Positions 9,155 to 17,500 of a stretch of 29,225 bases of DNA are shown piece after piece. The stretch spans positions 1 through 29,225 of the forward strand of contig CAZTWC010000013.1 in the NCBI GenBank assembly GCA_964617105.1. The letters are read 5' to 3'. A program made the position numbers and the translations under genes. The notes under the pieces are model-generated. The model was given only the letters and a program-made list of their open reading frames with translations. It did no database searches and had not been told where the DNA came from. The DNA comes from an uncultured Myxococcia bacterium (GTDB lineage Bacteria; CAZTWC01). Position 1 is the stretch's first letter. Each line of letters begins with the position of its first letter.

Positions 9155-9184
9155 TTGACGAGCAGGATGCTTTTAATATATATT
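9155..9184 (+). promoter_or_regulatory. Candidate sigma70 promoter (TTGACG-18-TATATT) placing the TSS at or next to ATG 9192, which would make the transcript leaderless
   Basis: TTGACG is at 9155-9160 and TATATT at 9179-9184. No SD precedes ATG 9192 (the upstream sequence is ...tattattaccc). The distance from the -10 to the ATG is ~7 nt. Confidence 0.3.
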
Positions 9185-9191
9185 ATTACCC

Positions 9192-10280
9192 ATGAATAAA
9201 AACCATCTTCCATTGGAACAGTACGAACCATTTTTCACCTCTTTTCAATCTGGGGTACTGGTCTGCCAGTTTAACGGCAAAATAGTGTATTTAAACCCGG
9301 CCGGGGAAGAGATACTTGAATACTCCAAAACAGAACTCCAATCCAGGAACCTTAACGATATTCTCAGCCCAGAGGAAAAAAAGAGGGTGGCCCGGATTAT
9401 GTCCAGAATAATTAACCGGGAAAAACTGAACTCCTTTGAATCCCTGGTAGTCAGCAAATCTGGCTTGAAGATGAGATTGCATTTTTCTATCAATACCCTG
9501 TTTTTAAACCAGCAGCATATTATCCTCTTGTTTGACGATATCACTCAGGCCTGGGTGCTAAAAGTAGAACGGGAAAAGACTAAATATTTTTTGGAAAATT
9601 TAGTCAACTCCTCGGTGGATGCTATTATTTCCGCCGACATGAATGGCTACATCACCTTTTTTAATCGGAGTGCTACCCGAATATATGGTTTTGCTGCAGA
9701 AGAGGTGGTGGATAAAATGCATGTTGCCCAACTATACTTCCCAGGGGAGGCGAAAAAAGTGATGCAAATGCTGCGCAGCAAAGAATTCGGCGGCGTGGGC
9801 AAACTCAATTCCATAGAACAATATGCCTTAAGTCGGGCAGGGGAAAAAATTCCAATTAGAATGACGGCGGCGATTATTTATAATCAAGAGCAAGAGATAG
9901 GAACCGTGGGGATTTTCAGCGATATGCGGGAAAAACGGAAAATGGAGGAAAAACTACAAACTGCCCAAAATAAATTGCTCATTCATGAAAGGCAGATTGC
10001 CATGGCCGAACTGGCGGGCGCCACTGCCCATGAATTAAACCAGCCGCTCACCGTGTTATTGGGCTCCTTTGAACTTTTAGAAATGGACTTAGCCCAGGAT
10101 GACCCACTTAGAAAAGAGTTAAAAGTGATCGAGCAGGAGTTGGAACGGATATCCAATGTAGTAAAAAAAATCGGCCAATTAACCCACTATGAAACTAAAT
10201 CTTACGTTGGTCAGACCACTATTGTGGACCTGGAAAAGTCATCTACTTCGGAGGACCAAGATATTATCGATAATCCTTAA
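9192..10280 (+). CDS. PAS-PAS-HisKA protein: a sensor histidine-kinase fragment with an H-box but no HATPase_c catalytic domain
   Basis: Two PAS-like segments are present (…VYLNPAGEEILEYSKTEL… and …SVDAIISADMNGYITFFNRSATRIYGF…). A coiled-coil/HisKA region follows: ERQIAMAELAGATAHELNQPLTVLLGSFELLEM. The ORF ends ~90 aa later with no N/G1/G2 boxes. Aspartate kinase starts 25 bp downstream, so there is no room for a lost ATPase domain. Confidence 0.7.
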   Translation: MNKNHLPLEQYEPFFTSFQSGVLVCQFNGKIVYLNPAGEEILEYSKTELQSRNLNDILSPEEKKRVARIMSRIINREKLNSFESLVVSKSGLKMRLHFSINTLFLNQQHIILLFDDITQAWVLKVEREKTKYFLENLVNSSVDAIISADMNGYITFFNRSATRIYGFAAEEVVDKMHVAQLYFPGEAKKVMQMLRSKEFGGVGKLNSIEQYALSRAGEKIPIRMTAAIIYNQEQEIGTVGIFSDMREKRKMEEKLQTAQNKLLIHERQIAMAELAGATAHELNQPLTVLLGSFELLEMDLAQDDPLRKELKVIEQELERISNVVKKIGQLTHYETKSYVGQTTIVDLEKSSTSEDQDIIDNP

Positions 10281-10304
10281 ATTGATAGAAATGGTTGGAA
10301 TAAA

Positions 10305-11567
10305 ATGGCTCCTAACCCTCCGGTGGTTGTACAAAAGTATGGTGGCACCTCTCTAGCCTCATCGTCAAAAATAAAGGCGGTGGCTCGCCGAATCATCGAC
10401 ACTGCCAAAACCGGCAAAAGGATGGTAGTTGTGGTTTCCGCCATGGGAGACACTACCGACAATCTCTTCAATCTGGCCCGGGAGATCACTCCTGAACCTG
10501 GCCCGCGCGAACTGGACATGCTGCTTTCGGTGGGGGAGAGGATATCCATGACTCTTTTATCCATGGCCCTACAGGAATTATCATTTCAGGCCATCTCTTT
10601 TACCGGCTCACAGAGTGGAATTATTACCAGCGGCAGCCACTCGCGAGCAAAAATAATCGAAGTGCGGCCCGTGAGGGTTATCCAGGAATTGGCCAGGGGA
10701 AAAATTGTCATTATCGCCGGTTACCAGGGTGTGAGCAAAGATAAAGAGATCACCACCCTGGGAAGAGGCGGTTCCGATACTACGGCCATAGCCATGGCTG
10801 CCGCCTTGAAAGCAGAATATTGTGAAATTTGCTCTGATATTGATGGAGTTTACAGTGCTGATCCAATGGTGGTAGAAAATGCCAGTAAATTAGACAACAT
10901 TTCCTACCAGGAAATGCAGGAGTTGGCTGTATCAGGGGCTAAAATACTGTGCGATACCGCAGTTGAGTTTGCCAAAAGTCATCTGATAACCGTTTATTCC
11001 ACCGCTTCTACCAGCAGATGCCCATCTGAAGGGACAAAAATTTCGGAACATAAAAATGGCAACGGCCGGGTAACTGGAGTAACTTATGAGTATGACCTGG
11101 CCTATTTCGTTATGCATTGTCAGGATACACAAGGAACTTTTTCCCTTTTACTGGCCTTTCTGGACCAGGAGGGGGTGGAGGTTAAACAGATAAATTTTCA
11201 GCAAAACAGCAACTGTGGTTCCATTGTCATCCCTTTAAAAAATTTGCCGGAATTCAACTCCTTGGAAAAACGTTTGCAAAATGAATTTGGTCCAGGACTA
11301 AAAATAATCAAAGGATTAGGAGCAGTATCTCTGGTGGGAATCGGCATCAACAACACCAACCAAAACCTGTTGCAAGCCTTCAAACTGATAGAACAAGGCG
11401 GGGGAGAGATTGTCTCTATCTCAACCTCATCCTTTAGGATCTCTTTTTTATTGAAATATATGCCCTTAGAGCCCCTGGTCAATACTCTACACAAAACTTT
11501 CTGCAGGGTGGGATATTCCAAGCGGTGCATTTCCAATGTTGCTGATGGCTCTGTTTCTCAAAAATAG
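10305..11567 (+). CDS. lysC: Aspartate kinase (aspartokinase) with C-terminal ACT domains
   Basis: [52 protein letters not shown]... is the canonical aspartokinase N-terminus. The product is 420 aa. Confidence 0.85.
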   Translation: MAPNPPVVVQKYGGTSLASSSKIKAVARRIIDTAKTGKRMVVVVSAMGDTTDNLFNLAREITPEPGPRELDMLLSVGERISMTLLSMALQELSFQAISFTGSQSGIITSGSHSRAKIIEVRPVRVIQELARGKIVIIAGYQGVSKDKEITTLGRGGSDTTAIAMAAALKAEYCEICSDIDGVYSADPMVVENASKLDNISYQEMQELAVSGAKILCDTAVEFAKSHLITVYSTASTSRCPSEGTKISEHKNGNGRVTGVTYEYDLAYFVMHCQDTQGTFSLLLAFLDQEGVEVKQINFQQNSNCGSIVIPLKNLPEFNSLEKRLQNEFGPGLKIIKGLGAVSLVGIGINNTNQNLLQAFKLIEQGGGEIVSISTSSFRISFLLKYMPLEPLVNTLHKTFCRVGYSKRCISNVADGSVSQK

Positions 11568-12207
11568 CCAGGCCGCCAGTGGTTAATTTTATTTGGTTTT
11601 TTTGGGCAAAGGAGGCAAACTCACCGGTCAGGTGGGGGGAAAAACGGGCAATTCCATTACTGGTCACCAACAGAACGGTTTGACCTGGATATTCCATTTC
11701 CACCTTTTTGGCAAAACGGTGCCAATTATTAACAATATCAGCAGGATTTACTTTCCAGCCACCAGGGACCGTTGCCTTCCGGTTCCAGGCGTTAATAACT
11801 TCCCGGCCAATTGCCATAACCTGCTGATTGGATAGTTGCTCCAGATTCTGGCCCATCTCTACCGCTCTTAAACCACCAAGACGCTGTAACACCTGATCTT
11901 CGGTTTGGTTTTCGTCTGGACCATAGTCGATCTCCAAAAAACTCTCTTCTGGTTCAATGGAGAGGTGGGTTTGCATCTGGTTAACTGCCAGTCTGGCAGT
12001 GTTGGTTGTACGCTTAAGCGGAGCGGCGAAAACTTTAGCGGGTAATAGATTGTTTTCTATAAGATAGTGGCCAATAGCCCTACTCCGTTTTTCCTCCACC
12101 AAATCCAGATCGGTTCGACGGCCAATCCGGGTGGGAGTTTGGTCCCGGGTAAAAGTATTGCCGTGACGAGCAATAATCAGTCTGGTTAGTGGGTTGGTCA
12201 CAAACAT
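11479..12207 (-). CDS. Histidine phosphatase family protein (phosphoglycerate-mutase-like, RHG motif)
   Basis: [14 protein letters not shown]...GRRTDLDL... carries the catalytic RHG. It starts 12 bp downstream of the kdsB stop on the same strand and is preceded by a purine-rich AGAGAGAG. Its last ~29 codons overlap the 3' end of lysC convergently. Confidence 0.7.
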   Translation of the reverse strand: MFVTNPLTRLIIARHGNTFTRDQTPTRIGRRTDLDLVEEKRSRAIGHYLIENNLLPAKVFAAPLKRTTNTARLAVNQMQTHLSIEPEESFLEIDYGPDENQTEDQVLQRLGGLRAVEMGQNLEQLSNQQVMAIGREVINAWNRKATVPGGWKVNPADIVNNWHRFAKKVEMEYPGQTVLLVTSNGIARFSPHLTGEFASFAQKNQIKLTTGGLAIFEKQSHQQHWKCTAWNIPPCRKFCVEY

Positions 12208-12219
12208 AAACTCTCTCTT

Positions 12220-13035
12220 TTAAAATTTACCATAATCACTAATCAACTTTTCGGCCCGTTGAACATCATCAGGAGAATCCACACCACTCATACCCGGCCA
12301 GTTTCCATAATCCACTTTAACCATTCGAATATCAATACCATTATCTATAAACCGCAATTGCTCCAAACCCTCCAGTTTTTCATAAAACCCCTGGGGAAGA
12401 TGGGCAATTTTGTCTAAAATGTCATAGCGATAACCGTAGAGTCCAATATGGCGATAAATCGGCGACAAACCGGTTTCTGAGTTCCTCTCCCGTATACTTT
12501 TCTCCTGGCGGATAGCGGGAATAATATTCTTAGAAAACCAGATGGCTTTATTTTCCTGGTTCACAATAACGGTGGTGCCGGAAAAGGGGGTGTGCTTTTT
12601 GAACTGCCGCAAAATATCCAACTCTTTCCAGGACAATTGGACACAGGGTGTGACTACCTCCAGCGAGTTATCTTGGAGATAACAATCAATGATCGTCTCC
12701 ACAAATCCGGGTGGACAAAGTGGGTTATCGCCCTGCAGATTCACCACAAAATCGGGCCTCTCCTGAATGGCCTGGGCAGCCTCGCGCACCCTTTCTGTGC
12801 CGGTGCGGCAATCGGTTGAGGTGATAAGCACCTCCATATTGTGCTGGCGACAAAATTGAGCGATCCGTTGATCATCGGTGGCCACCACCACCCTTACATT
12901 TTCAAACTTTTTGGCCGCTCTGATGGCAATGTCCCACACCAGTGCCACCATTTCGCGCCCAGCAATTTTTACCAAAGGCTTGCCGGGAAAACGGGTGGAG
13001 CCGTAACGGGCGGGAATAACAATAAGGGTTTTCAT
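12220..13035 (-). CDS. kdsB: 3-deoxy-manno-octulosonate cytidylyltransferase (CMP-KDO synthetase)
   Basis: MKTLIVIPARYGSTRFPGKPLVKIAGREMV... is the classic KdsB N-terminus. The product is 271 aa. Confidence 0.85.
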   Translation of the reverse strand: MKTLIVIPARYGSTRFPGKPLVKIAGREMVALVWDIAIRAAKKFENVRVVVATDDQRIAQFCRQHNMEVLITSTDCRTGTERVREAAQAIQERPDFVVNLQGDNPLCPPGFVETIIDCYLQDNSLEVVTPCVQLSWKELDILRQFKKHTPFSGTTVIVNQENKAIWFSKNIIPAIRQEKSIRERNSETGLSPIYRHIGLYGYRYDILDKIAHLPQGFYEKLEGLEQLRFIDNGIDIRMVKVDYGNWPGMSGVDSPDDVQRAEKLISDYGKF

Positions 13036-13196
13036 ATAATCTCCAGTCTAATGATAACAAAGGTTGGATAAATCAGCAATAATCTAATTTTATTGCGGGA
13101 CCCTGATTAAATAATGGGGTGGAGAGATGGGGATATAGAAGGTGACAAAAAAACGTCACTAACAAAAATCTGCCCGTAAACTTTAGTGATAAAATA

Positions 13197-13226
13197 TTGA
13201 CACCCATTCAACTTATAAGATATAGT
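13197..13226 (+). promoter_or_regulatory. Candidate sigma70 promoter TTGACA-18-TATAGT upstream of the NtrC-family regulator gene
   Basis: TTGACA is at 13197-13202 and TATAGT at 13221-13226. Confidence 0.3.
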
Positions 13227-13284
13227 AGTTCGGCATTCAAAATCTATATGGCCCGAATCTGGGAGTCCCTAAAGGGATGACCGT

Positions 13285-13299
13285 TGGCCTCGAAAATGC
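13285..13299 (+). promoter_or_regulatory. Weak candidate sigma54 (-24/-12) element TGGCCTCgaaaaTGCg
   Basis: The GG (13286-13287) and GC (13298-13299) dinucleotides are spaced exactly as in the TGGCACG-N4-TTGCW consensus. The -12 region is aTGC rather than TTGC. It lies ~60 bp upstream of ATG 13359. Confidence 0.2.
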
Positions 13300-13358
13300 G
13301 AAGTGCCCAGCGGGTATGAAGTTATTTTTGAGGGAGCCCTAAAATAGACGAGGTTAAC

Positions 13359-14759
13359 ATGGCTTTTCGAATCCTCATTGCTGATGATGAAGAAGATTCA
13401 AGGGAAACTTTTTCCCAGTTTTTTACCAAGAGTGGTTACGATGTAGAAACAGCGGACAACGGTTTTGATGTGATCTTGCGAGTGAAACAACAAGACTACC
13501 ACCTGCTGCTTCTGGATAATATTATGCCTGGCAGCAATGGGGTGGAGGTGTTAAAATATTGTCAAAAACACAAACCAGACTTGCCAATTGTTCTATACAG
13601 CGCCCATGCCAAAATGGAAGATGTGGTCTCCATAATGGAGAAGGGTGCCCAAAAATTTTTCCCTAAAGAAACGGCCCTGGCCACCATGGAAAAACATATT
13701 GCCGAAATATTGACCAATAAATACCAACAAATGAAACCGGAGTCGGAAAACGATTCCCAAACCCCTGCCACCGGCGACTGCCACTATCTTGATATGATTG
13801 GCGATGACCCCAAGATGAAAAAGATTTTCGGTATTATCGAACGAGTTGCCAAGACCGAAAGCACGATATTGGTTACCGGGGCAAGCGGTACCGGCAAAGA
13901 GTTGGTAGCCCGGGCAATTCATACCAGAAGCAAACGAGGTAAAGGACCCTTGGTACCGGTAAATTGCGCTGCCATCCCCGATACGCTTTTAGAAAGCGAA
14001 CTGTTCGGCTATGAAAAAGGGGCTTTTTCCGGTGCAGTAAAATCCAAACCTGGACGTTTTAAAATGGCGGACAAAGGTACCATCTTTCTGGACGAGATAG
14101 GAGATATGCCGCCTTACCTACAGGTAAAATTGCTGCGGGTGCTGCAGGACAAATCATATATTCCCCTGGGAGGCATCCAGGAGATGAGCGCCAACTTCAG
14201 AGTGGTTTCCGCCACCAATAAAGATTTGGAAAAGGAGATCGCCGAGGGAAACTTCAGGGAAGATCTATATTTCCGTCTCAACGTAATTCCAATTAGTATT
14301 CCACCTCTGCGGGAACGACGGGGAGACATCCCTTTGCTGATAAACAGTTTTTTAAACAAAATAAATAATAACGAAGACTTATCAGTGGAAGGGGTAGAAA
14401 AAGAGGTTATGGAGAAATTGTTCCGTTACGATTGGCCGGGCAATGTTAGAGAACTGGAAAACATGGTGGAAAGAATGATGATTTTTCGCGGGGAGGGAAA
14501 TATTCTCCTGGAGGATGTTCCGCAAAAGATCTTGGGCAACCAATCTGGCAAAGATGAGACCCCATCAATGGAAGTGGGTGAAGATGGCATAGATTTCAAC
14601 CAGGTAATAAGTGAGATGGAAAAAGACCTGATCTTACAGGCCTTGGAACAAACTGGATGGAATAAGAACAAAGCAGCCAGCCTGCTCAATTTGAATCGAA
14701 CGACTCTGGTGGAAAAAATAAAAAAGAAAAAATTAAAGCCCTCTTCTGAGGATAATTGA
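13359..14759 (+). CDS. Sigma54-dependent response regulator, NtrC family (REC + AAA+ sigma54-interaction domain + C-terminal Fis-type HTH)
   Basis: The REC domain has the acceptor Asp in HLLLLDNIMPG. Walker A is VTGASGTGKE. The GAFTGA-type loop reads GAFSGA. ...FRLNVIPISIPPLRERRGDIPLL... is typical of the family. The C-terminal HTH is KNKAASLLNLNRTTLVEKIKK. Confidence 0.85.
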   Translation: MAFRILIADDEEDSRETFSQFFTKSGYDVETADNGFDVILRVKQQDYHLLLLDNIMPGSNGVEVLKYCQKHKPDLPIVLYSAHAKMEDVVSIMEKGAQKFFPKETALATMEKHIAEILTNKYQQMKPESENDSQTPATGDCHYLDMIGDDPKMKKIFGIIERVAKTESTILVTGASGTGKELVARAIHTRSKRGKGPLVPVNCAAIPDTLLESELFGYEKGAFSGAVKSKPGRFKMADKGTIFLDEIGDMPPYLQVKLLRVLQDKSYIPLGGIQEMSANFRVVSATNKDLEKEIAEGNFREDLYFRLNVIPISIPPLRERRGDIPLLINSFLNKINNNEDLSVEGVEKEVMEKLFRYDWPGNVRELENMVERMMIFRGEGNILLEDVPQKILGNQSGKDETPSMEVGEDGIDFNQVISEMEKDLILQALEQTGWNKNKAASLLNLNRTTLVEKIKKKKLKPSSEDN

Positions 14760-14909
14760 GATCTCATTTAGAAATAGCTTGCCAAAGATCATAAATTAAT
14801 TTAAAAAATTAAATACCTAAAATCAGCAATTGACTCACGGATTGAGGTTGTTGTAAATTTTAGGTAATGTCTATTAAATTAAAAATTACTCATACATTTT
14901 GGAGGAGTT

Positions 14910-15200
14910 ATGGCTGATGCATTAGGTATGATTGAAACTAGAGGTTTTGTCGGTATGGTTGAGGCATCTGACGCAATGGTAAAAGCAGCTCGAGTGGAGT
15001 TGGTAGGCTATGAAAAAATTGGCGGCGGTTTTGTAACCGCATTGGTCAGAGGTGATGTAGCGGCGGTCAAAGCGGCCACCGAGGCTGGTTCCAGAGCGGC
15101 TGAACGAGTTGGTGAACTGGTTAGCGTCCACGTTATTCCTCGTCCCCATGCTAATATAGATCTCGTGTTACCCCTGGGCAGAAAAAACCAGGTATCTTAA
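14910..15200 (+). CDS. BMC-H shell protein (hexamer-forming, PduA/EutM-like, Pfam00936 domain)
   Basis: [60 protein letters not shown]... is a canonical BMC-domain sequence. The RBS is GGAGG. Confidence 0.9.
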   Translation: MADALGMIETRGFVGMVEASDAMVKAARVELVGYEKIGGGFVTALVRGDVAAVKAATEAGSRAAERVGELVSVHVIPRPHANIDLVLPLGRKNQVS

Positions 15201-15253
15201 TGATATCCTGAATTATTTCTGGCGCAAAGGGCAAGGGGAGGCAAAAGAGAAGG

Positions 15254-15559
15254 ATGTTAATCGGAAAAGTTATCGGTACTGTGGTGTCAACCCGCAAGGA
15301 AGAAACTTTGAAGGGGTTGAAGTTTTTGCTGCTTAGACCAACGGATGAAGCGGGAAAACTAAAAGCAAAAGATGATCCGGTGGTAGCCGCAGATGCAGTA
15401 GGCGCCGGAGTTGGAGAATTGGTGCTTTATGCCACTGGCAGTGCATCCAGGCAGACTCATCTCACCGATGAACGGCCGGTTGATGCAGTAATTATGGCCA
15501 TTGTAGATATGATTGATAAAGACGGCAACATTTCCTATAATAAGGCGGAGTCTGAGTAG
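15254..15559 (+). CDS. BMC-P vertex protein (pentamer, EutN/PduN/CcmL family)
   Basis: MLIGKVIGTVVSTRKEETLKGLKFLLLRP...VAADAVGAGVGELVLYATGSASRQ is typical of EutN/CcmL. The product is 101 aa. Confidence 0.85.
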   Translation: MLIGKVIGTVVSTRKEETLKGLKFLLLRPTDEAGKLKAKDDPVVAADAVGAGVGELVLYATGSASRQTHLTDERPVDAVIMAIVDMIDKDGNISYNKAESE

Positions 15560-15702
15560 TTTTAATTGTTTGTGGTTCTGCCTTAATTTTCCTTACCAAA
15601 CTTAGTCTTCTTCTCTATATTTCTGAAAATTCCCTTATTTTTTATCTGAAACTTTAACTTGTCTATTATATCTTTAACCAATTTATTACATGGAAACACA
15701 AA

Positions 15703-16005
15703 ATGGATGCAAAATTTTTTGAAGAGTTGAGCCTGGAACAGTGGAGCCAATGCCGCAATCAGTTGATTACCTTATCGCAGGACCAAAAAGCCCTGGCTGA
15801 TTTTATTGCCGAGATGAGCCAAAAAATCCCTTTGGCCGGTGAAATATGGAAAGCCATCCGGTTAAATACGGCTCAAAACCAAAAGCAGGAAGGCGAAGAG
15901 AAAGAAAATAATCCCAACCAGGACAAATTGATCGAAATGAGCGGAGATTTAAACTTTTTTTGTTTCCTTTACTCGCTGGGAAAACAGGCGAAAATTTGGG
16001 AATAA
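15703..16005 (+). CDS. Hypothetical 100-aa protein inside the BMC operon. It is predicted helical with an acidic/polar middle and a hydrophobic C-terminus, and shows no recognisable family.
   Basis: The ORF is in operon orientation. It follows a 143-bp CT-rich spacer and ends 20 bp before the aldehyde dehydrogenase ATG. Its RBS is weak (GGAAA). I could not match it to PduL, PduV, EutJ or any other known BMC accessory. Confidence 0.4.
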   Translation: MDAKFFEELSLEQWSQCRNQLITLSQDQKALADFIAEMSQKIPLAGEIWKAIRLNTAQNQKQEGEEKENNPNQDKLIEMSGDLNFFCFLYSLGKQAKIWE

Positions 16006-16025
16006 AATTATGGGAGTATAAAAAA

Positions 16026-17495
16026 ATGCACCTGGACGAAAAAAGGATAGACGCCATTGTGGAAAAAGTGGTGAGTAAATTGGCCGGTGAACAGATGGCT
16101 AAACCATTAGGGATGAAACCAGTTTCCAGCCATGCAAGCGCTAACGCCTCTCCGTCTCTAGTAACCGGAAAATATTTCTCCGGTCCTGGTCAGGTGGGGG
16201 TATTTCCCGATATGGATTCTGCCGGTGAAGCAGCCGGCAGAGCCCAGGAACAATTGGTAAAACTTCCTTTGCAGATGCGAATCAGAGTAATTGAGGCTAT
16301 GCGGGAGGTATCCAGGCAACACAACCGTGAACTAGCCGAGATGACGGTAAAAGAGACCGGGATAGGTAGAGTGGCGGACAAAATAAATAAAAATCTGCTG
16401 GCCATAAATAAAACTCCTGGGGTGGAAGACTTGAAACCCATCGCCTGGTCTGGTGATGACGGCTTGACCCTGGTGGAGCGGGCGCCTTACGGGGTGATTG
16501 GCTCTATAACTCCCTGCACCAATGCGACTGAAACTATTATATGCAATGCCATTGGCATGATAGCCGGTGGAAATGCTGTCATATTTAATGTTCACCCTGC
16601 AGCCAAGAATATTTCCAATTACTATATCTCTCTGTTAAACAAAGCCATTGTGGCGGTGGGCGGACCGCCAAACCTGCTATGCTGCATTAAAGAGCCCACT
16701 ATCCAAAGCGCCCAGGCCCTGATGAGCCATCCTGCCATCAGGTTATTGGTGGTCACCGGCGGTCCAGCAGTGGTAAAAGTGGCCATGCAATCAGAAAAAA
16801 AGGTGATCGCCGCCGGACCGGGTAATCCTCCAGCGGTAGTGGATGAAACTGCTCACATTGAAAGGGCGGCCCAAAATATTATCAAAGGCGCCTCCCTGGA
16901 TAACAATATTGTCTGCGTGGTAGAAAAAGAGTTCATTGCGGTCAGCGATATTGCCGATATGCTAAAACAGTATATGCTGCGGTACGGTGCATACGAAGTT
17001 ACCGGGCGACAACTGGCCCGACTGGAAAAAGTGGTGTTAAAAGGAGATGGGGTTAACAAAGATTGGGTTGGGAAAAATGCCAACCGGATTTTAGATCAAA
17101 TTGGGATATCTGCTTCCGATGACCTACGCTTGATATTCTGCGAAACCTCAGAAGACCATCCCTTTGTGCAGCACGAATTGCTGATGCCGGTGGTGCCTCT
17201 TATTCGAGTATCTCATGTGGACGAAGGGATTGCCATGGCCAAAAGGGTGGAGCACAATTTCAGGCATACCGCCTGTATCCACTCCACCAATATCGAAAAA
17301 CTACACAAAATGGCGGTGGTTATGGACACGTCTATTTTTGTTAAGAATGCACCCTCTTACGCCGGACTGGCTCTGGGCGGCGAGGGATACACCTCTTTTA
17401 CTATCGCCAGTCCCACCGGCGAAGGGCTTACCTCTGCCAAAGACTTTACCAGAGTGAGACGCTGCGTGTTAAAGGACTACTTCCGGATCGTTTAA
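16026..17495 (+). CDS. CoA-acylating aldehyde dehydrogenase (PduP/EutE-like) with an N-terminal BMC encapsulation peptide and linker
   Basis: The start was moved to ATG 16026, which has a GGGAG RBS ~10 nt upstream. The track ORF from 15960 adds 22 residues that overlap the upstream gene. The N-terminus MHLDEKRIDAIVEKVVSKLAGEQ is an amphipathic helix. It is followed by a ~45-aa G/S/P-rich linker. The core contains ITPCTNATETIICNAIGMIAGGNAVIFNVHP and the catalytic-Cys block LDNNIVCVVEKE, as in EutE/AdhE-type acylating ALDH. Confidence 0.85.
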   Translation: MHLDEKRIDAIVEKVVSKLAGEQMAKPLGMKPVSSHASANASPSLVTGKYFSGPGQVGVFPDMDSAGEAAGRAQEQLVKLPLQMRIRVIEAMREVSRQHNRELAEMTVKETGIGRVADKINKNLLAINKTPGVEDLKPIAWSGDDGLTLVERAPYGVIGSITPCTNATETIICNAIGMIAGGNAVIFNVHPAAKNISNYYISLLNKAIVAVGGPPNLLCCIKEPTIQSAQALMSHPAIRLLVVTGGPAVVKVAMQSEKKVIAAGPGNPPAVVDETAHIERAAQNIIKGASLDNNIVCVVEKEFIAVSDIADMLKQYMLRYGAYEVTGRQLARLEKVVLKGDGVNKDWVGKNANRILDQIGISASDDLRLIFCETSEDHPFVQHELLMPVVPLIRVSHVDEGIAMAKRVEHNFRHTACIHSTNIEKLHKMAVVMDTSIFVKNAPSYAGLALGGEGYTSFTIASPTGEGLTSAKDFTRVRRCVLKDYFRIV

Positions 17496-17500
17496 TTATC

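Noticed and set aside
10277-10564. 95-aa minus-strand ORF overlapping the lysC 5' end, and other antisense ORFs inside lysC and the phosphatase (10932..11132, 11198..11536, 11593..11835)
   Set aside because: They are antisense to, or shifted within, confidently assigned genes. They have no RBS. They are typical shadow ORFs.
13118-13165. GGTGAC-aaaaaaac-GTCAC inverted repeat that superficially resembles a CRP/FNR-type site
   Set aside because: The spacer is 9-10 bp rather than the 6 bp of TGTGA-N6-TCACA, and the arms are only 5 bp. Too weak to call.
14760-14909. Expected sigma54 -24/-12 promoter directly upstream of BMC-H
   Set aside because: I looked for TGGC-N8-TGC / GG-N10-GC spacing in this 150 bp and found none. 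Only a weak sigma70-like TTGACT-18-TAAATT pair is present. Reported as an open question, not a feature.
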